A program made the translations under genes and the position numbers. Below the pieces are notes generated by a model that was not told where the DNA came from, did not search any database, and worked only from the letters and a program-made list of their open reading frames with translations. Of a stretch of 32,000 bases of DNA, positions 27,595-32,000 are shown in pieces; the first letter of the stretch is position 1; every line of letters begins with the position of its first letter. Origin of the DNA: Pseudomonas aeruginosa (GTDB lineage Bacteria; Pseudomonadota; Gammaproteobacteria; Pseudomonadales; Pseudomonadaceae). The stretch lies in contig NZ_LN831024.1 of the NCBI RefSeq assembly GCF_001457615.1, positions 5,730,001 through 5,762,000 on the forward strand, in the 5' to 3' direction.

Positions 27595-29538
27595 ATGTAC
27601 GATTGGTGGGTTCTCCAACTGGCCAAGCTGAGCGTCAGCCGCAAGCTGATGGTCGGTTTCGGTGTCCTCCTCGCGCTGCTTCTGCTGGTGGTGATCAGCA
27701 GCAACCGCACCCTCACGCACCAGACCGCCCTCAGCGAGCAGCTCGCCGAAGTCGCCAGCCTGATGGAACAAACCCAGCAAGCCGAACAAGGCCGCCTGGC
27801 ATTCGAAGCCGGCAGCGACCCGCGCCAGGCCGAGCAGGTCCGCCAGACCCTGGCCGGGATGCTCCAGCGCCTGCAGGCGCTGCGCGACAGCGAGCTCGAC
27901 CCGGCCGCCCTGGCCCACCAGACCGAAGCCATCGAAGCCTACCGCAAGGCTTTCGACGACCTCGCCGCAGCCGATCAGCAACGCAGCGCCGCCCGTGGTG
28001 TGCTGGTGGGCACTGCACAGCAGGCGCTGGACAGCTTCGCCCGCCTCGAGGAACTGATGGACGCCAGCCTCGCGCAGCAGGCCGGCGACCCGCAGGCGTT
28101 GCAACGTAGCCGTGCGGTGGCCGACCTGCACCAACAGTTGCTCATGGTGCGTTACCAGGTGCGCGGCTACGTCTTCGAACGCAGCGACAAGGCCGAGCAG
28201 GCCGCGTTCGCCGCGTTCGACGCCCTCCGCCAGGCCGCCACGACGCTGCGTGGCCAGTTGCCCGGCGAGGCCGATGCGGCGCTGGAACAGGCCATGCGCA
28301 GCCTCCAGGGCTATCGTGGCGGGATCGAGCAGTTCCGTGCCGGCGTCATCCGCACGCGCCAGGCGCAGCAAGCGATGCAAAGCAGCACCCAGGATATGGC
28401 CCGGGCCGGCCGGACCCTCACCGAAGCCGGTCGCCAATTGCGCGAGAGCACCGCCAGCCGCGACCGCGCCAGCCTCTGGCTGATCGCCGCGCTGGCCCTG
28501 GCCTTCGGCTGCGTCGCCGGCTGGGCGATCAACCGGCAGATCGTCCGGCCGCTGGACGAAGCCCTCGCGCAGGCCGAGGCCATCGCCGCCGGCGACCTCG
28601 GCAAGCGTCCGCAGAATCCCCTGACCCTCCAGCGCCGCGACGAACTGGGCCAGTTGCAGCGAGTCATGCAGCGCATGGGCGACAGCCTGCGCGAGCTGGT
28701 CGGGCGGATCGGCGACGGCGTCAGCCAGTTGGCCAGCTCCGCCGAGGAACTCTCGGCGGTCACCGAGCAGACCCGCGCCGGGGTCAACAGCCAGAAAGTG
28801 GAGACCGACCAGGTCGCCACCGCCATGCACGAGATGGCCGCCACCGTGCAGGACGTCGCGCGCAACGCCGAACTGGCTTCCCAGGCCGCTCGCCAGGCCG
28901 ACGAAGAGGCGCGCCAGGGCGACGCGGTGGTCGACCAGGCGGTGACCCGCATCGAGCGCCTGGCTAGCGAAATGGACGTTTCCAGCGAAGCCATGGCGCG
29001 CCTGAAGAACGAGAGCGAGCAGATCGGCAGCGTCCTCGACGTGATCAAGTCGGTGGCCGAGCAAACCAACCTGCTGGCGCTCAACGCAGCCATCGAAGCG
29101 GCACGCGCCGGCGACGCCGGACGCGGCTTCGCGGTGGTCGCCGACGAGGTCCGCGGCCTGGCCCAGCGCACCCAGCAGTCCACCGCCGAGATCGAGGGCC
29201 TGATCCAGCGTCTCCAGCAGGGCGCCGGCGAAGCCGCCGAACGCCTGGAGAACAGCCGCTCGCTGACCGCCAGCACGGTGGAACTGGCGCGCCGCGCGGG
29301 CGCCGCGCTGGACAGCATCACCCGCACCGTCTCCGACATCCAGAACATGAACCTGCAGATCGCCACTGCCGCGGAGCAACAGAGCACGGTGGCCGAGGAG
29401 ATCAACCGCAGCGTCCTCAGCGTACGCGACGTCGCCGAGCAGTCGGCCGCCGCCAGCGAGCAGACCGCCGCCTCCAGCGGCGAGCTGGCGCGCCTGGGCA
29501 CGCAGTTGCAGGCACAGGTGGGACGCTTCCGCCTGTAA
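27595..29538 (+). CDS. mcpK: Methyl-accepting chemotaxis protein with a large helical periplasmic sensor domain. I recall this locus (PA5072) as McpK, an alpha-ketoglutarate receptor.
   Basis: 647 aa from [33 protein letters not shown], with a GGAG RBS 8 nt upstream. The earlier in-frame ATGs have no suitably spaced RBS. A second TM ([19 protein letters not shown]), a HAMP domain and the conserved signalling hairpin [38 protein letters not shown] are present. Confidence 0.9.
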   Translation: MYDWWVLQLAKLSVSRKLMVGFGVLLALLLLVVISSNRTLTHQTALSEQLAEVASLMEQTQQAEQGRLAFEAGSDPRQAEQVRQTLAGMLQRLQALRDSELDPAALAHQTEAIEAYRKAFDDLAAADQQRSAARGVLVGTAQQALDSFARLEELMDASLAQQAGDPQALQRSRAVADLHQQLLMVRYQVRGYVFERSDKAEQAAFAAFDALRQAATTLRGQLPGEADAALEQAMRSLQGYRGGIEQFRAGVIRTRQAQQAMQSSTQDMARAGRTLTEAGRQLRESTASRDRASLWLIAALALAFGCVAGWAINRQIVRPLDEALAQAEAIAAGDLGKRPQNPLTLQRRDELGQLQRVMQRMGDSLRELVGRIGDGVSQLASSAEELSAVTEQTRAGVNSQKVETDQVATAMHEMAATVQDVARNAELASQAARQADEEARQGDAVVDQAVTRIERLASEMDVSSEAMARLKNESEQIGSVLDVIKSVAEQTNLLALNAAIEAARAGDAGRGFAVVADEVRGLAQRTQQSTAEIEGLIQRLQQGAGEAAERLENSRSLTASTVELARRAGAALDSITRTVSDIQNMNLQIATAAEQQSTVAEEINRSVLSVRDVAEQSAAASEQTAASSGELARLGTQLQAQVGRFRL

Positions 29539-29569
29539 CATCCCGAGAGGATCCTCCTTGCATCGGCAG

Positions 29570-29602
29570 CCCCTCCCGTCCATCGAAAGCGGACAGGAGG
29601 GG
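29570..29602 (+). terminator. Terminator-like hairpin downstream of the MCP gene
   Basis: CCCCTCCCGTCC / GGACAGGAGGGG, 11 of 12 bp paired, with a 9-nt loop, starting 32 nt after the stop. Only a short TTT follows. Confidence 0.4.
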
Positions 29603-29647
29603 CACCTTTGCGTAGGATCAGGCTTTCGCCTTTTGGGAGATGACGCC

Positions 29648-30109
29648 ATGCGCCCGATGACCATCGATATCGACGAACTGGCCTTCGCCCTGGATACCCC
29701 GGGAATCGACCACTACCTCGACCTGCACAGCGGCAAGGTGCTGCTGATCTCCGCCGAGGCGCCCGATCCCGAACTGGACGCATTGCTGGAAAACGAGCCG
29801 GAACGCCTGCTGCTGATCGACCCGCTGAGCACCACCCAGTCGCTGGGACTGATGCAGGATTTCCTCCGCGAGGTGGAAGAGCCGCACGCCTATGCGACGC
29901 TCGCCAACGCGCTGCAGAGCCGCAAGCCGTTCAAGGCCTTCAAGCACTCTCTGATGGAGTACCCGGAACTGTTGCAGGACTGGTACCGCTACCAGAACGA
30001 GCGCCTGCGCGAATGGGCGCTGGACTGGCTGGAGGACAACGATATCCAGCCGGCCGCGCGGCAGAGTCCGACGTCGCTCCTGCCGCCGCCGGGCAAGCCG
30101 TTCGCCTAG
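29648..30109 (+). CDS. UPF0158-family conserved hypothetical protein
   Basis: 153 aa from MRPMTIDIDELAFALDTPGIDHYLDLHSGKVLLIS, with a GGGAGA RBS 8 nt upstream. The conserved KPFKAFKHSL segment is present. The family name is from memory. Confidence 0.75.
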   Translation: MRPMTIDIDELAFALDTPGIDHYLDLHSGKVLLISAEAPDPELDALLENEPERLLLIDPLSTTQSLGLMQDFLREVEEPHAYATLANALQSRKPFKAFKHSLMEYPELLQDWYRYQNERLREWALDWLEDNDIQPAARQSPTSLLPPPGKPFA

Positions 30110-30116
30110 CGCGGTA

Positions 30117-30851
30117 CTAGAGGACCTGACGGAGGAAGGCCTGGGCCCGCGGGTCCTGCGGATTGTCGAAGAACTGCGCCGGCGGCGCGTCCTCCAGCAG
30201 CTTGCCGTGGTCGAAGAACAGCACGCGGTCGGCCACTTCGCGGGCAAAGCCCATCTCGTGGGTCACGCAGACCATGGTCATGCCTTCCACGGCCAGGGTC
30301 TTCATGACGTCGAGGACTTCGCCGACCATCTCCGGATCGAGCGCCGAGGTCGGTTCGTCGAACAGCATCACCTTGGGGTCCATGCACAACGCGCGAGCGA
30401 TCGCCACGCGCTGCTGCTGGCCGCCGGACAGGCGCGAGGGATATTCGTCGGCCTTCTGCCCGATGCCGACCTTGGCCAGCAGCGCCCGCGCCTTGGCCTC
30501 GCGCTCGGCCTTGCCGCGCTTGCGCACCACGCGTTGGGCCAGGCAGAGGTTCTCGAGCACGGTCATGTGCGGGAACAGGTTGAAATGCTGGAACACCATG
30601 CCGACTTCGCGGCGGTAGGCATTGATGTCGGTCCTCGGGTCGGCCAGGTCGACGCCGTCGATGCTCACCGAGCCTTCGTCGAACTCCTCCAGGCCGTTCA
30701 GGCAGCGCAGGAAGGTCGACTTGCCGGAACCGGACGGACCGATCACCACCAGTACCTCGCCCCTGGCCACGCGGGTACTCACGTCGTCCACCGCGCGCAC
30801 TACCTGGCCGCGGGTATCGAAGACCTTCAGCAGGTTGCGTACTTCAATCAC
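30117..30851 (-). CDS. Polar amino-acid ABC transporter ATP-binding protein
   Basis: 244 aa with a GTG start. Walker [10 protein letters not shown], signature [15 protein letters not shown] and Walker [12 protein letters not shown] are present. The start overlaps the permease stop by 8 nt. Confidence 0.95.
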   Translation of the reverse strand: MIEVRNLLKVFDTRGQVVRAVDDVSTRVARGEVLVVIGPSGSGKSTFLRCLNGLEEFDEGSVSIDGVDLADPRTDINAYRREVGMVFQHFNLFPHMTVLENLCLAQRVVRKRGKAEREAKARALLAKVGIGQKADEYPSRLSGGQQQRVAIARALCMDPKVMLFDEPTSALDPEMVGEVLDVMKTLAVEGMTMVCVTHEMGFAREVADRVLFFDHGKLLEDAPPAQFFDNPQDPRAQAFLRQVL

Positions 30852-31806
30852 TTTGTCCGAGCCTCCGCTCCAGTCGGGATGCCATGTGCGAAAGGGGCAG
30901 GTTCAACAGCAGGTACAACGCGGCGACGCAGAACCAGATCTCGAAGGTGGAGAACGAGGTGGTGATCGCCTCGCGGCCGCTCTTGGTCAGTTCGGTGATG
31001 GCGATCACCGAGACCAGCGAGGTGTCCTTGACCAGGCTGATGAACTGCCCGGCCAGCGGCGGCAGCACGCGCTTGAAGGCCTGCGGCAGGATCACGTAGC
31101 GCATCGACTGGCCGGCGTTCAGGCCCAGGGAGCGGGCGGCCTCGTTCTGTCCGCGGGCGATGGACTGCACGCCGGCCCGGATGATCTCGGCCACGTAGGC
31201 GCCGGTGAACAGCGCCAGCGCCGCGACCCCGGCGAACTCGCGGGACAGGTTGAGCACGGTGCCGATGAAGAAGTAGAAGATGAAGATCTGCACCAGCAAC
31301 GGCGTGCCGCGCACCAGCTCGACGTAGATCGTCGACAGGTCGTGCAGGGTCGGGTTCTTCGACAGCCGGCAGAGGCCGGCGACCAGGCCGATAGCCAGAC
31401 CGATGGCACCGGACACCAGCGATAGCCAGAGGGTGGTCCACAGGCCCCAGAGCAGTGGGCCGGCGGCCCAGTGGCGGGTCACCCCGACCGCGTCGCCCTC
31501 GGCCACGTCGTCGCCTTCGGAGAATTGCAGGCTGTCCTGGGCGACGGTCACGACCTGCTTCTCGCCGCTCTCGCCAAGCAGCGTGACGCGCGCGTCCCTG
31601 CCCTGTTCCTCGATAGCCTCGACCCGGCCGATCTCGTTGGCCCGTAAAGGCTCCTCGGCCTGGTAGGCGAAGTACTGCGGAACGCGGTTCCAGCGCCATT
31701 CATAGGAAATCAGCGAGGTGGAGAACCACAGCGCCCAGGCCAGGACCAGCAGGATCAGCCCGGTCAGCAGGTGCCAGGGCCAGACGGAACGTTTCTTCTT
31801 GGTCAC
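30844..31806 (-). CDS. Polar amino-acid ABC transporter permease (His/Glu/Gln/Arg/opine family) with an N-terminal extension
   Basis: 320 aa with a GTG start. EAA-loop region: [30 protein letters not shown]. An extra N-terminal TM plus a soluble segment of about 85 aa precedes the conserved core. Confidence 0.9.
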   Translation of the reverse strand: MTKKKRSVWPWHLLTGLILLVLAWALWFSTSLISYEWRWNRVPQYFAYQAEEPLRANEIGRVEAIEEQGRDARVTLLGESGEKQVVTVAQDSLQFSEGDDVAEGDAVGVTRHWAAGPLLWGLWTTLWLSLVSGAIGLAIGLVAGLCRLSKNPTLHDLSTIYVELVRGTPLLVQIFIFYFFIGTVLNLSREFAGVAALALFTGAYVAEIIRAGVQSIARGQNEAARSLGLNAGQSMRYVILPQAFKRVLPPLAGQFISLVKDTSLVSVIAITELTKSGREAITTSFSTFEIWFCVAALYLLLNLPLSHMASRLERRLGQSD

Positions 31807-31840
31807 GGAAACTCTCTCGAACGATGGAATGCGCAGGTAC

Positions 31841-31865
31841 GACGGCCCCCTTCGCGGGGGCCGTC
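31841..31865 (-). promoter_or_regulatory. Intercistronic GC-rich stem-loop between the binding-protein gene and the permease gene
   Basis: Perfect 10-bp stem GACGGCCCCC / GGGGGCCGTC with a 5-nt loop. It lies 6 nt after the binding-protein stop and 35 nt before the permease GTG. There is no U-tract. Confidence 0.45.
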
Positions 31866-31871
31866 AGCGGT

Positions 31872-32000
31872 TCATTCCATTTCCTTCAGCCACTCGGTGT
31901 TCTTGAACCACTTGTCGTGGATGCGCTGATAGGTGCCGTCTTCGCGGATCTGATGGAGGAAGTTGTTGATGAAATTGATGCTGTCGTAGTCGCCTTTCTT
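31872..32000 (-). CDS. Periplasmic amino-acid-binding protein of the ABC transporter; 3' end only, the gene continues beyond the window
   Basis: This is not in the ORF track because there is no start codon in the window. The minus-strand frame from 32000 reads KKGDYDSINFINNFLHQIREDGTYQRIHDKWFKNTEWLKEME-stop (TGA at 31874..31872). This is a typical family-3 solute-binding-protein C-terminus (Y..I..KWF). Confidence 0.8.
   Translation of the reverse strand, partial: KKGDYDSINFINNFLHQIREDGTYQRIHDKWFKNTEWLKEME

Noticed and set aside
27355-29664. A 769-aa minus-strand ORF opposite the chemoreceptor gene. Similar long antisense ORFs occur opposite M48 (3571..5271, +), hslU (11700..13244, -), phaC1 (14210..15673, -), phaC2 (16753..18846, -), ubiB (22573..24102, -) and his/tat (24970..26637, -).
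   Set aside because: All lie opposite genes with strong family motifs. All have the same Ala/Gly/Arg/Leu/Gln-rich, motif-free composition. These are shadow ORFs of a high-GC genome.
30107-30119. Convergent stop codons of the UPF0158 gene (TAG 30107..30109) and the ABC ATPase gene (TAG on the minus strand, 30119..30117) are only 7 bp apart, with no room for a terminator.
   Set aside because: This is unusual but not informative on its own. Transcripts probably terminate inside the opposing gene. There is no additional sequence signal to support a specific mechanism.

Overview
High-GC chromosomal segment (roughly two-thirds G+C by eye) with no compositional island. From gene order and protein sequences I recognise it as the Pseudomonas aeruginosa ponA / pha / ubi / his / tat region; the matching PAO1 tags PA5045 to PA5076 are from memory, not searched. 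I call 32 protein-coding genes. In order they are: ponA (5' partial), malic enzyme, an M48 lipoprotein peptidase, a secreted SNase-type nuclease, rpmE, priA, argS, a SPOR-domain protein, hslVU and a DUF971 protein. Next comes the medium-chain PHA cluster phaC1-phaZ-phaC2-phaD with divergent phaF-phaI and a small PHA-associated protein. Then ubiE-ubiJ-ubiB, hisIE, tatABC, rsmE, an MCP chemoreceptor, a UPF0158 protein, and an amino-acid ABC transporter (ATPase, permease, 3' end of the binding protein, which the ORF track misses). I see no rRNA, tRNA, CRISPR array, IS/transposon, integrase, phage or toxin-antitoxin signature. I found no evidence of a novel multi-gene system; this looks like conserved core genome. 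Most very long ORFs in the six-frame track, including the 1400-aa ORF at 6222..10424, are antisense or shadow frames typical of GC-rich DNA. About a dozen track ORFs carry spurious N-terminal extensions, which I trimmed using RBS spacing, known N-termini and signal peptides. The points worth a second look are small-scale. (1) The M48 peptidase has its C-terminal LysM domain split across two frames by an apparent 1-nt indel. (2) An exact 10-mer direct repeat upstream of phaI and a 13-mer direct repeat upstream of phaC1 share a GTTTC core. (3) A near-identical 137-nt tract shared by phaC1 and phaC2 suggests gene conversion. (4) A perfect 17-bp palindrome overlaps the likely ubiE -10 element. (5) There are sigma-32-like and sigma-28-like promoters upstream of hslVU and the MCP gene. 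All promoter, terminator and operator calls rest on by-eye pattern matching only; nothing was folded, searched or statistically tested.
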